A stretch of DNA of 32,000 nucleotides from Microbacterium phage Nicole72. The position numbers and the translations under genes were made by a program. The stretch is from the sequence record OR159674.1; one strand, given 5' to 3'. Below the pieces are notes generated by a model. The model searched no databases and was not told the DNA's origin. It was given only the letters and a program-made list of their open reading frames with translations. Of the stretch, positions 1 through 8,492 are shown one piece after another (position 1 is the first letter of the stretch; each line of letters begins with the position of its first letter).

Positions 1-666
1 ATGACCGAACGCACCATCCAGTACCAGCCGCTCGCCGCTCTCCAGGCCGACCCGGCCAACCCCAAGGCCCACGACATCGACCTCATCAGCGACAGCGTGA
101 GCCGCTTCGGCTACCTGGAGCCCATCGTCCGTGACGAGCGCACGGGCTACATCATCAGCGGCCACGGGCGCACGACCGCGCTCCGCGCGATGGAGGAGGC
201 TGGCGGCGTCGCGCCTGACGGCGTGCGCGTGGACGAGGACGGCGTGTGGCTCGTGCCCGTGCTCGTCGGCTGGGCCTCGCGCTCCGACAGCGACGCCCGC
301 GCCGCTCTCGTCGCGCTCAACCGCACAGGCGAGGTCGGCGGCTGGGACGACACGGCGCTCCTGGAACTCCTGGCGCGTCTGGGCGAGGAGGAGGACGGCC
401 TGCTCGGTGTCGGGTACTCGGACAAGGACATCACCGACCTCACGCGGTTCCTCGAACAGCACGACGACGACGACCTGGACGACCTCGCAGACCAGTGGGA
501 CGGCTCGGGCCTCGCTGTGCAGGAGGTCGTCAAGTTCCGCGACGCCACAGCCATCGCTATCTGGCGACGCATCCGCGACGAGCACAAGAGCGACGACGCG
601 GCCCTGCTCAGCCTGTTCCCCGACGAGGCGGCACACGTGCAGGCGCTCGATGCCGACGAGCAGTGA
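1..666 (+). CDS. ParB-like nuclease/partition-domain protein
   Basis: The N-terminus IQYQPLAALQADPANPKAHD...ISDSVSRFGYLEPIVRDERTGYIISGHGRTTALRAM matches the ParB/Srx-like pattern (N-P-R/K-x-H, then GHGR). The ORF opens at window base 1, so the true start could lie upstream. Confidence 0.8.
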   Translation: MTERTIQYQPLAALQADPANPKAHDIDLISDSVSRFGYLEPIVRDERTGYIISGHGRTTALRAMEEAGGVAPDGVRVDEDGVWLVPVLVGWASRSDSDARAALVALNRTGEVGGWDDTALLELLARLGEEEDGLLGVGYSDKDITDLTRFLEQHDDDDLDDLADQWDGSGLAVQEVVKFRDATAIAIWRRIRDEHKSDDAALLSLFPDEAAHVQALDADEQ

Positions 667-669
667 GCG

Positions 670-1638
670 GTGCGGTACATCGTCGCGGGTGCTCACGGGA
701 GCCCGTGGTCGGATGCCGGGACGCTCGCGGACTGGGCTCGTGACAGCATGCGGTACGAGGTCATCGCAGGCTCCAGCGAGGGGCGCATCCTGGAGCGCGA
801 CGGAAGCCCCGACCCCATGAGCGTCGGCCTGCTCGCGTCGTTCTGGTACTACCGGAAGTTCGACCTCGGAGCCATCACGCGCTCGTGCCCGCTCATCCTC
901 GACTCGGGAGCCTTCACGGCGCACACGCAGGGTGGCAAGATCGACCTGTTCGAGTACGCCGAATGGCTCGACGCCGCGCCGCGCCCCTACGACTTCGCCT
1001 TCACGCTCGACGTGCTGGGCGACGAGCGCGCATCGTTCCGCAACTGGGAGCGCATGATGAAGCGCGGCACCCCGACCATCCCCGTCGTGCACTTCGGGCA
1101 GGGGCCGTCCGTGCTGGAGCGCTACATCGACGCGGGCGCTGACCGCATCGCTCTCGGCGGGCTGGCGGGAGGAGGCCCGACGCCACAGGCGAAGGCGTGG
1201 ACGGCGGTCATGTTCCGCGCGCTCCGCGAGCACGGGCACGTGCGCACGCACGGCCTGGGCATCCACCTGTCGTCGCCTATGGCCCGCTTCCCGTGGACGA
1301 CGACCGACTCCAGCACCTTCGGATTCGCATGGCGGTTCGCACGGCTCATGCTGTGGACGGGTCGGCGCTGGCACAACGTCCCCTTGGACGGGCGCTCGCT
1401 CTACGCCCACGCCGACCTCGTGCGCTCCTACGGCTTCGAGCCCGAGCAGGTGGCGGTGAGCACGCCCGAGACGCGCGAAGACCTCGTGCGGTTCGTGATG
1501 CGTGTCGAATGCCGCGCCGCCCGCGACTACGACGCCGCCGTGGCTCGACGCTCCGACCGCTTCATGGTCAACACGACGTTCGACGCGGGCGATGTCGTCG
1601 CCGCGGCAGAGGAGGCAGGTGAGCATGGTCAGGCGTGA
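670..1638 (+). CDS. dpdA: DpdA-like/TGT-like DNA-guanine transglycosylase, copy 1
   Basis: GTG start 4 nt after the upstream stop. Motifs LILDSGAFTAHTQGGKI, FTLDVLGDE, PVVHFGQ, RIALGGLAGG and GLGIHL...RFPWTTTDSST fit the TIM-barrel TGT/DpdA family. The rest of the preQ0 pathway lies downstream. Confidence 0.75.
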   Translation: MRYIVAGAHGSPWSDAGTLADWARDSMRYEVIAGSSEGRILERDGSPDPMSVGLLASFWYYRKFDLGAITRSCPLILDSGAFTAHTQGGKIDLFEYAEWLDAAPRPYDFAFTLDVLGDERASFRNWERMMKRGTPTIPVVHFGQGPSVLERYIDAGADRIALGGLAGGGPTPQAKAWTAVMFRALREHGHVRTHGLGIHLSSPMARFPWTTTDSSTFGFAWRFARLMLWTGRRWHNVPLDGRSLYAHADLVRSYGFEPEQVAVSTPETREDLVRFVMRVECRAARDYDAAVARRSDRFMVNTTFDAGDVVAAAEEAGEHGQA

Positions 1639-1837
1639 GCCCGAGACGGGCTGGCTGAGCGACATCGACCCCGAGGTCACCAACCCGGACGGCTCACCCA
1701 TGTGGCAACCCGTCCTCCAGACGCGCTCCATCTGCCTGTCGCCCGAGGTGTGGTTCGCGACGGAGGCCGAGTGCGACGCCTTCATCCGGGACGAGTGCAT
1801 CGGGCAGACGTGGCACCCGCGAGAGGGCAAGTCGTGA
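1625..1837 (+). CDS. Small hypothetical protein between the two dpdA-like genes
   Basis: MVRREPETGWLSDIDPEVTNPDGSPMWQPVLQTRSICLSPEVWFATEAECDAFIRDECIGQTWHPREGKS. Overlaps the end of copy 1 and the start of copy 2. Confidence 0.6.
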   Translation: MVRREPETGWLSDIDPEVTNPDGSPMWQPVLQTRSICLSPEVWFATEAECDAFIRDECIGQTWHPREGKS

Positions 1838-2751
1838 ACCCGGCGCACGGCCTGGCGGGCGACAGCCGCGTGGGCGTGCTCATGTCGTACTGGGCGTTCA
1901 AGGGCAAGCGCGACCTCGGCGCAGACATGGGCTCGACGGCTCCCGTCTGCATCGACTCGGGCGCGTTCAGCGCGTACACGAGCGGCGCGAAGATCGAGGT
2001 GCGCGAGTACGCCGAGTACCTCGACAGCCTCACGCGGCCCATCGACTTCGCGTTCAACCTCGACGTGCTGGGCGACGAGGAGGCGTCCTACCGCAACTGG
2101 CGCGACCTCCGCGACGGCTACGGGCACCTGACCATGCCCGTCATTCACTTCGGCCAGCGCCCGGAGGACGTGCTCCCGGCGTACCTCAGCGTCGGCATCG
2201 ACAGGCTGAGCATGGGCGGCATCGCGGGCGGGGCGACCAAGCAGAGCATCGGGTGGAGCGCTCGCGTGTTCCAGTGGCTCCGGGCCAACGGCCTCGCTGA
2301 CCTCCCGGTGCACGGGCTCGGGCTCCACATGCGGAGCGACCTCGCGCGCCTGCCGTGGGCCACGACCGACTCGTCCACCTACGTCAACCTGTGGCGCTTC
2401 GGCCACTTCGTGCTGTGGACGGGCCGCGACTGGCCGATGGTGTGGCTCGACGCTCGCGACGGCAAGGGCGTGCACGCCTACGGCGACGCCTTCCGCCGCA
2501 TGGGCGTGGAGCCGAGCGACGTTGACCGCCCGCGCTTCCGCACCGACGACCCGCTGGCGTGCGAGGTCATCGTCCGCATCGAGGACACGGCGGCGCGCGA
2601 CTTCGCGACCCGGAAGCGGCTCGTGCACACGCCGCGGCGCTACCTCGCGGCCAACGTGTCGAACTACGCGCTCCTGGCTCGCGGCATCGACGCCCTGTAC
2701 CCTGGCGGAACCACAGTCCACCCCTCACTCGGAGGCCACTCAGGTGTGTAG
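1834..2751 (+). CDS. dpdA: DpdA-like/TGT-like DNA-guanine transglycosylase, copy 2
   Basis: GTG start in a GTGA overlap. Motifs VCIDSGAFSAYTSGAKI, FNLDVLGDE, PVIHFGQ, RLSMGGIAGG and GLGLHM...RLPWATTDSST parallel copy 1. Confidence 0.75.
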   Translation: MNPAHGLAGDSRVGVLMSYWAFKGKRDLGADMGSTAPVCIDSGAFSAYTSGAKIEVREYAEYLDSLTRPIDFAFNLDVLGDEEASYRNWRDLRDGYGHLTMPVIHFGQRPEDVLPAYLSVGIDRLSMGGIAGGATKQSIGWSARVFQWLRANGLADLPVHGLGLHMRSDLARLPWATTDSSTYVNLWRFGHFVLWTGRDWPMVWLDARDGKGVHAYGDAFRRMGVEPSDVDRPRFRTDDPLACEVIVRIEDTAARDFATRKRLVHTPRRYLAANVSNYALLARGIDALYPGGTTVHPSLGGHSGV

Positions 2752-4132
2752 CATCTTCGGTCGCGTCACCCTCGGCGCAGACAAGCCCTTCTTCCCCATG
2801 CCGCTCGGGCTCGCGGCTCTCTCCCAGGCTCGCGGTCGCGACTCGTGGGGCATGCGCGGCTGGCGCGCTGAGCCGTTCCGCGTCGTGGGCGACCTCATCG
2901 ACCCGGACGCCGACGACATGCCTGTGGCGTGGCGGCGCTGGGTCATCGGCAACACGCGAGCGGAGCCGACGACCGAGTGGGTGCCCGACAAGACGCCCGA
3001 CGACGTTCAGCCGTTCGTCCGCGGCTCGCTGACCGTCGCGCACAACGGCACCATCGCGAATGACGTGGCGCTGTGCGAGCGCTACGGCATCGACCCGGAC
3101 GCTGACGGCGGCTCGAAGATCGACACGGCGAGATGGGCGGCTGTGGCCGCTGAGGTGGTGTCGAGGCCCGAGCACGTCATCGACCTCCTCAGCGAGACGG
3201 TCGGCTCCTACGGCATCGCGGTCGGGCACGAGAGCGGCTGGCTCGTGCTCGCGACGAACTACAAGCCCATCTGGACGCGCCGCATCTACGGCGGGCAGGC
3301 GCTGGAGTGGACGAGCGTCGCACCGCGTGGGCACCAGACCTACCTCGACGCGCTGGACGAGGGCTGGCAGATGCTCCCGCCGTACTCCGCGCTCACGATC
3401 ACGGACGACGGCATCGAGTGGCAGTCGCTCCGCGCTCCCGAGCACACCAAGGGCCGCGCGCTCGTCGTGTGCTCGGGCGGGCTCGACAGCGTGGTCACCG
3501 CGTTCTGGATGCAGGCGCAGGGCTACGCCGTGGACCTCCTGCACGTGCTCTACGGCGCACGGGCTGAGGAGCGCGAGCGCATCGCCGTGGAGAACGTCGC
3601 TGAGCGCGGCGGCTTCGGCCTGCGCTACCTCGACCTCACGAGCACGTTCAGCGCCATCGGCCACTCGCGCCTCACGGGCTCGTGGGAGGGAGCGGCGGCA
3701 GGCGTCGAGGGTGCCGAGTACGCCATCGAGTGGGTGCCAGCGCGCAACACGATCCTCCTCAGCGTCGCTGTCGGCATGGCCGAGGCGCACGGCTACCGCG
3801 TGCTCGCGCTCGGGAACAACCTGGAGGAGTCGGGGGCGTACCCGGACAACGAACAGGAGTTCATCGGGCGCTTCAACGACATGCTCCCGTTCAGCGTCGC
3901 GGACGGCGTGCGGCTGAGCATCATGGAGCCGGTCGGGCACCTGATGAAGCACGAGATAGTACGCCTCGGCATCGAGGTCGGCGCGCCCCTGCATCTCACG
4001 TGGTCGTGCTATGACGGCGGCGAGAAGCACTGCGGCGACTGCGGCCCGTGCTTCATGCGCAAGCGAGGGTTCGAGATGGCGGGCGCGCTCGACCCGATGG
4101 AGTACCTGACCGATGCGGAGGCCGTGCGATGA
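2744..4132 (+). CDS. queC: Class-II glutamine amidotransferase-QueC fusion (7-cyano-7-deazaguanine synthase-like)
   Basis: GTG start followed by Cys (V-C-S-I-F-G), typical of an Ntn amidotransferase. Central AHNGTI. C-terminal QueC P-loop VVCSGGLDSVV and zinc motif CYDGGEKHCGDCGPCFMRKRGF. Start refined to GTG at 2744 within the tracked ORF 2522..4132. Confidence 0.88.
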   Translation: MCSIFGRVTLGADKPFFPMPLGLAALSQARGRDSWGMRGWRAEPFRVVGDLIDPDADDMPVAWRRWVIGNTRAEPTTEWVPDKTPDDVQPFVRGSLTVAHNGTIANDVALCERYGIDPDADGGSKIDTARWAAVAAEVVSRPEHVIDLLSETVGSYGIAVGHESGWLVLATNYKPIWTRRIYGGQALEWTSVAPRGHQTYLDALDEGWQMLPPYSALTITDDGIEWQSLRAPEHTKGRALVVCSGGLDSVVTAFWMQAQGYAVDLLHVLYGARAEERERIAVENVAERGGFGLRYLDLTSTFSAIGHSRLTGSWEGAAAGVEGAEYAIEWVPARNTILLSVAVGMAEAHGYRVLALGNNLEESGAYPDNEQEFIGRFNDMLPFSVADGVRLSIMEPVGHLMKHEIVRLGIEVGAPLHLTWSCYDGGEKHCGDCGPCFMRKRGFEMAGALDPMEYLTDAEAVR

Positions 4133-4356
4133 GCGTCACCCCTGAGCAACTCGAAGCGCTGGGCGATCAGGTGCAGGCCGCATGCGCGGCGTCCGGGCTC
4201 GACATCGTGGGCTTCACCGTGCTCGTCATGGGCGCGCAGGACAGCCTCACAGCCGAGACGCGGTGCCGCACGACGCGACCCGAGTACACGCGAGCGCTCG
4301 CCGCCTACATCGACGCCGAGCAGACCGACCCGCGCGCGGACGAACGCCCATCATGA
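4129..4356 (+). CDS. Hypothetical protein in the modification cassette
   Basis: MSVTPEQLEALGDQVQAACAASGLDIVGFTVLVMG...; ATG overlaps the queC stop. Confidence 0.6.
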   Translation: MSVTPEQLEALGDQVQAACAASGLDIVGFTVLVMGAQDSLTAETRCRTTRPEYTRALAAYIDAEQTDPRADERPS

Positions 4357-4775
4357 GCGGCATCGCGGGTCTGGCGCTGGCACGCATGGGCTACAGCGGC
4401 CCGCCCGTGACGCTCCTCATCCCCGCCGAGGACGGGTCGCACTACGCGACCGAGTGCCACCGCGCCGCGCTGAGGGCCGAGCGCCGTTTCCAGGTGCTCT
4501 GCCGCCGTCACGGCATCCGCACGCACGAGGAGCACGCCGACGTGTGCGACGCTCACGCGCTGACGACGCGCGAGGACACGCAGGCGCTCGCCTCGACGGT
4601 GCGCGGGCAGATCGGGTTCTTCACGGCTCCGATGTACGCGGAGTCCTGGCTGTGGCGCGCCGAGGAGCACGCGCTGAGCCTGTCGCGCCGCGTGCAGATC
4701 GTCCGCGCGCCGATGGCCGACATGCACATACTGGAGCGGCTGGAATGGCTGGCCGCGAGCGAGAGGGAGGCGTGA
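4353..4775 (+). CDS. Hypothetical protein in the modification cassette
   Basis: MSGIAGLALARMGYSGPPVTLLIPAEDGSHYATECHRAALRAERRFQVLCRRHG...; ATG overlaps the upstream stop and its own stop overlaps the queD ATG. Confidence 0.65.
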   Translation: MSGIAGLALARMGYSGPPVTLLIPAEDGSHYATECHRAALRAERRFQVLCRRHGIRTHEEHADVCDAHALTTREDTQALASTVRGQIGFFTAPMYAESWLWRAEEHALSLSRRVQIVRAPMADMHILERLEWLAASEREA

Positions 4776-5221
4776 TGCTCAGCGTCGCGGTACAGCACAC
4801 GTGGGAGGCCGGTCACCGGCTCCCGCACATCGAGGGGAAGTGCCAGAGCCTGCACGGCCACTCCTGGCACGTGGAGGTCGAGGTGACGACCGACGAGCCC
4901 ACCCACGAGGCGGTGCTGATCGAGTTCGCGACCATCAAGCGCGTGCTCCGCGCCTGGATCGACAGCCGCCTGGATCACGGGCTCATGCTGGGCAGGGACG
5001 ACGCGCTCGTGAACGTGCTCGCGCCGCACGGCAAGGTGTTCGTGATGGGATACGACGAGCACAGCGGCGGGCTGGACTGGCCCACGGTCGAGAACGTCGC
5101 GACGCTCATCCAGCGCCTCATCGCGTTCGAGTTCCCCGACGCGACCGTGCTCCGCGTGACCGTGCGCGAGACTCCGACCAACGCCGCATCGTGGCGGAAG
5201 GACGCGCCATGCCGAGCATGA
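4775..5221 (+). CDS. queD: 6-carboxy-5,6,7,8-tetrahydropterin synthase-like protein
   Basis: FxAxHRLP-like start (TWEAGHRLPHIEGKCQSLHGHSWHVEVEV) with conserved Cys and HGH zinc ligands, and a C-terminal VRETPTNAASW. Confidence 0.9.
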   Translation: MLSVAVQHTWEAGHRLPHIEGKCQSLHGHSWHVEVEVTTDEPTHEAVLIEFATIKRVLRAWIDSRLDHGLMLGRDDALVNVLAPHGKVFVMGYDEHSGGLDWPTVENVATLIQRLIAFEFPDATVLRVTVRETPTNAASWRKDAPCRA

Positions 5222-5946
5222 ACGTGGGCGCGCTGTTCAGCCGCGTGCGCGAGCGCGACGACGAGCGCGAGCCGCACCTGAACCTCAGCGAGTGGTTCGG
5301 CCCGACCATCCAGGGCGAGGGGCCGAACGCGGGGCGGCTGTCGTCGTTCGTGCGGCTCAGCGGATGCAACCTGTCCTGCTCGTGGTGTGACAGCGCCTAC
5401 ACGTGGGACTGGGAGCGCTACGGCCACAAGGAGGAGACGCACCCGACCGCCGTGTCCGAGGTCGTGCGCATCATCGAGAGCCTGCCCGGGCGCATCATCA
5501 TCACGGGCGGCGAGCCGCTTCTCCAGGCCCGCACGCTCGCGCTCGCGCTCCGCGAGTTGCCGCATCGGCTGTTCGACGTCGAGACGAACGGAACGCGCCC
5601 GCTGGGCGACACGGTGACGGCGTGGGACACCATCATCTGCTCGCCCAAGATCATCCCGAGCGCGAGCCAGGGAGCGCTCGCCTACGGCGTGCACGCGAGC
5701 ATCCTGGACGACCGCCGCACGGTGTTCAAGTTCGTCGTGCAAGACCTCATCGACCTCGCCGCCGTGGACGGGTTCGTGGAGGAGCACGACCTGGAGCCCT
5801 CGTCGGTGTGGCTCATGCCCGAGGGCGTGACACCCGACGCTCTGACCGAGCGCACCCCGATGGTGGCGCAGGCCGCGGTTGACCGCGGGTACAACTTCAC
5901 CAGCCGTCTGCACGTGTACGGCTGGCACGACGTGAGAGGACACTGA
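5209..5946 (+). CDS. queE: 7-carboxy-7-deazaguanine synthase (radical SAM)
   Basis: FGPTIQGEGPNAGRLSSFVRLSGCNLSCSWCDSAYTWDW (radical SAM cysteines) and IIITGGEPLLQ. ATG at 5209 overlaps the queD stop. Confidence 0.93.
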   Translation: MPSMNVGALFSRVRERDDEREPHLNLSEWFGPTIQGEGPNAGRLSSFVRLSGCNLSCSWCDSAYTWDWERYGHKEETHPTAVSEVVRIIESLPGRIIITGGEPLLQARTLALALRELPHRLFDVETNGTRPLGDTVTAWDTIICSPKIIPSASQGALAYGVHASILDDRRTVFKFVVQDLIDLAAVDGFVEEHDLEPSSVWLMPEGVTPDALTERTPMVAQAAVDRGYNFTSRLHVYGWHDVRGH

Positions 5947-5948
5947 CC

Positions 5949-6560
5949 ATGACGACCGAGCAGATGGACGCGACCGACGAGGTGCGCCACGTGACCGACC
6001 GCCCGCTGGGTGTATATACACCCGAGCGCACGCTGGAGAGCGTCGCCGCCGACCTCCTCGACATCGTGGCACCGGGCTGGGAGGAGTCAGGCCACATGCG
6101 CGACACGCCCACGCGGTACGCGAAGTGGTGGCGCGAGTTCATGGAGGTGGACGCCTCGCGCGTCAACACGACGTTCCCCGTGGAGCACGTGGATCAGATG
6201 GTCGTCGTGCGCGGCATCGACACGTGGAGCCTGTGCGCTCACCACCTCCTCCCGTTCAGCGCGAGCGTGAGCATCGGCTACATCGCGGACGAGCGCGTGC
6301 TGGGGCTGAGCAAGTTCGCGCGCATCACGCACGAGAGCGCCGCCCGCCCGACGAGCCAGGAGGAACTGTGCGCCCGCATTGCTGACGCGATCACCGAGGC
6401 CACGGGCACCGAGCACGTCGCCGTCACGGCGTCCGGGCTCCACCTGTGCATGGCGATGCGCGGCGTCAAGACGCCCGCCACCATGACCACGAGCGTCACG
6501 CGCGGCCACTTCCGCACCGAGCCCCAGACCCGCGCCGAGTGGTTCGCGCTGATGCGATGA
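5949..6560 (+). CDS. folE: GTP cyclohydrolase I
   Basis: TPTRYAKWWREF, SLCAHHLLPFSASVSIGYIADERVLGLSKFARI and HLCMAMRGVKTPATMTTSV are classic FolE motifs. Confidence 0.93.
   Translation: MTTEQMDATDEVRHVTDRPLGVYTPERTLESVAADLLDIVAPGWEESGHMRDTPTRYAKWWREFMEVDASRVNTTFPVEHVDQMVVVRGIDTWSLCAHHLLPFSASVSIGYIADERVLGLSKFARITHESAARPTSQEELCARIADAITEATGTEHVAVTASGLHLCMAMRGVKTPATMTTSVTRGHFRTEPQTRAEWFALMR
6008..6023. promoter_or_regulatory. Perfect 16-bp palindrome inside folE
   Basis: GGGTGTATATACACCC is its own reverse complement; an unusually AT-rich core in this GC-rich sequence. Confidence 0.35.
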
Positions 6561-8203
6561 GCACGGACACGGAGGACATGCTGGCGGCGCTCGTCGGGCT
6601 CACGCCCGACCAGATCGCGGACGCCGTGATGAGCATGCCGGCCGACCTCATCCAGCCGCTCCTCGGCATGCTCGGCGCGACCGAGGAGGAGCGGCCCCAG
6701 ACGCCCGCTGAGCAGGCGATGGCGCTGGATGAGGGCTACGTCCTGCGCGAGCATCTGCGCTACCTCAGCGACCGGCTGACCGCCGCTGTGAAGCGTGTCG
6801 AGGCCGGGGAGAACGTGCGCGTGGCCGTGAGCATGCCGCCGCGTACCGGCAAGAGCACGATGGTGTCCACGTACTTCGTCGTGTGGGCGCTCGCTCGCAA
6901 CCCGCGCTGGAAGATCGGCCTCATCAGCCACGACCCGTCGCTGGCCATCGGCTGGAGCCGCACCGTGCGCGGGCTCGTGGAGGCGAACGGCGCGCAGTTG
7001 GGCCTGAGCATTGCGCCCGACGCTGGCGCGGTGTCAGAGTGGCAGACGCCGGAGCGGGGCGGTGTGACGGCCCGCTCCGCTCCTGGCCAGTCGATCACGG
7101 GTCGAGGCTTCAACATCCTCCTGATAGACGACATCGTGCGCGACTACGCCGCCGCCCACAGCGAGGTGAACCGCAAGGCGGTGTGGGAGTGGTGGACGGC
7201 CAACGCGGTCACCCGTCTAGAGCCGCCGTCGCTCGTCATCGCCATCGGCACCCGCTGGCACGAGGACGACTTCATCGCGCGTCTGCTCAGCGACGACTAC
7301 GAGGGCAACCCCGCCGACTGGGAGGTCATCTCGTTCCCCGCCATCGCTGAGGAGAACGACGTGCTCGGGCGCGAGGTCGGGGAGCCGCTTCTGTCGCCGC
7401 TCGACGTGAACGAGACGCCAGACAAGGCGATAGCACGCTGGGCCGACATCAAGAGCACCGTGGGGTCGTACAACTGGGCGAGCCAGTTCCAGCAGGCTCC
7501 GGCACCCGCCGCGGGCGCGATCTTCAACATGGGCTGGTGGCGCTACTGGACGCTCGACCCGAGCCGCGCGACCGAGGACGGGAAGGTGCGGCTCATCACG
7601 CCCTCCAGCATGCTCGGAGCGAAGTGGCTGGACTCGTGGGACATGGCGTTCAAGGACAAGCCGACGAGCGACTACGTGGTGGGCCAGCGCTGGGTGCGAC
7701 ACGGCGCGAACCGCTTCCTCATGCTCCAGAGCCGCGACCGTCGCGACTTCCCCGCGACGCTGGCCGAGATGGAGGCGTTCAAGACGCAGGAGTGGGGGCA
7801 CCACGTGCACCTGCGGCTGGTCGAGGACAAGGCGAACGGCACAGCCGTCATCGCGACGCTCCACGACAAGATCAGCGGGCTCAAGCCGATCAACCCGACG
7901 ACGAGCAAGGAGGCGCGCGCTCGCGCTGTCACGCCCGAGGTCGAGAGCGGGAACGTCTACCTGCCGAACCCGGCTGAGTACCCGTGGGTCAGCGACCTCC
8001 TCAGCGAACTCCGCTCCTTCCCGACCGGCGCGCACGACGACCAGGTGGACGCGCTCACGCAGGCGCTCATGGAACTCCGCGAGGACGGCACGGGGAGCCG
8101 CATCGGCACTCCCCAGGCCGCGCCGCCCATGACCATCAACCGCGCGGCGGCGTCGCGCACGATCATCCGCCGTGGTGGCGGGGGAACGGGGCTGGGACGA
8201 TGA
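6557..8203 (+). CDS. Terminase large subunit
   Basis: Walker A-like SMPPRTGKSTMVS, Walker B-like ILLIDDIV and a nuclease-type C-terminus (SWDMAFKDKPTSDYVVG; GAHDDQVDALTQAL). ATG at 6557 overlaps the folE stop. Confidence 0.93.
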   Translation: MSTDTEDMLAALVGLTPDQIADAVMSMPADLIQPLLGMLGATEEERPQTPAEQAMALDEGYVLREHLRYLSDRLTAAVKRVEAGENVRVAVSMPPRTGKSTMVSTYFVVWALARNPRWKIGLISHDPSLAIGWSRTVRGLVEANGAQLGLSIAPDAGAVSEWQTPERGGVTARSAPGQSITGRGFNILLIDDIVRDYAAAHSEVNRKAVWEWWTANAVTRLEPPSLVIAIGTRWHEDDFIARLLSDDYEGNPADWEVISFPAIAEENDVLGREVGEPLLSPLDVNETPDKAIARWADIKSTVGSYNWASQFQQAPAPAAGAIFNMGWWRYWTLDPSRATEDGKVRLITPSSMLGAKWLDSWDMAFKDKPTSDYVVGQRWVRHGANRFLMLQSRDRRDFPATLAEMEAFKTQEWGHHVHLRLVEDKANGTAVIATLHDKISGLKPINPTTSKEARARAVTPEVESGNVYLPNPAEYPWVSDLLSELRSFPTGAHDDQVDALTQALMELREDGTGSRIGTPQAAPPMTINRAAASRTIIRRGGGGTGLGR

Positions 8204-8484
8204 CCGGACTCTTGAAGCGGCTCCTGCCTCCGGGCTCGCACTCGTGGTGCGGCGACTGCGACTGGACGAATCTCGGCCAGGACTGCCACCGCCACGGACG
8301 CACGCACTCGAACCTCCGCGGCCACATCGTGCACGTGTGGGAGGCCGAGCCCGTCGATCCGCTATGGGAGCCCGACACGTGGGCATGCGGGAACGCTCAC
8401 GTGTCCGCGATCCTCGGCCCGATGTCGTGCGTGCTCCCGCGCGATCACGACGGCGCGCACCGCGCCAACACCTCGTCTTGGTAA
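8200..8484 (+). CDS. Small Cys/His-rich hypothetical protein
   Basis: MTGLLKRLLPPGSHSWCGDCDWTNLGQDCHRHGRTHSNLRGHIVHVW...; ATG overlaps the terminase stop. Confidence 0.6.
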   Translation: MTGLLKRLLPPGSHSWCGDCDWTNLGQDCHRHGRTHSNLRGHIVHVWEAEPVDPLWEPDTWACGNAHVSAILGPMSCVLPRDHDGAHRANTSSW

Positions 8485-8492
8485 CCCATACA

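Noticed and set aside
2567-4030. 487-aa minus-strand ORF opposite the GAT-QueC gene
   Set aside because: The + strand frame has clear catalytic motifs; the antisense frame is explained by codon bias.
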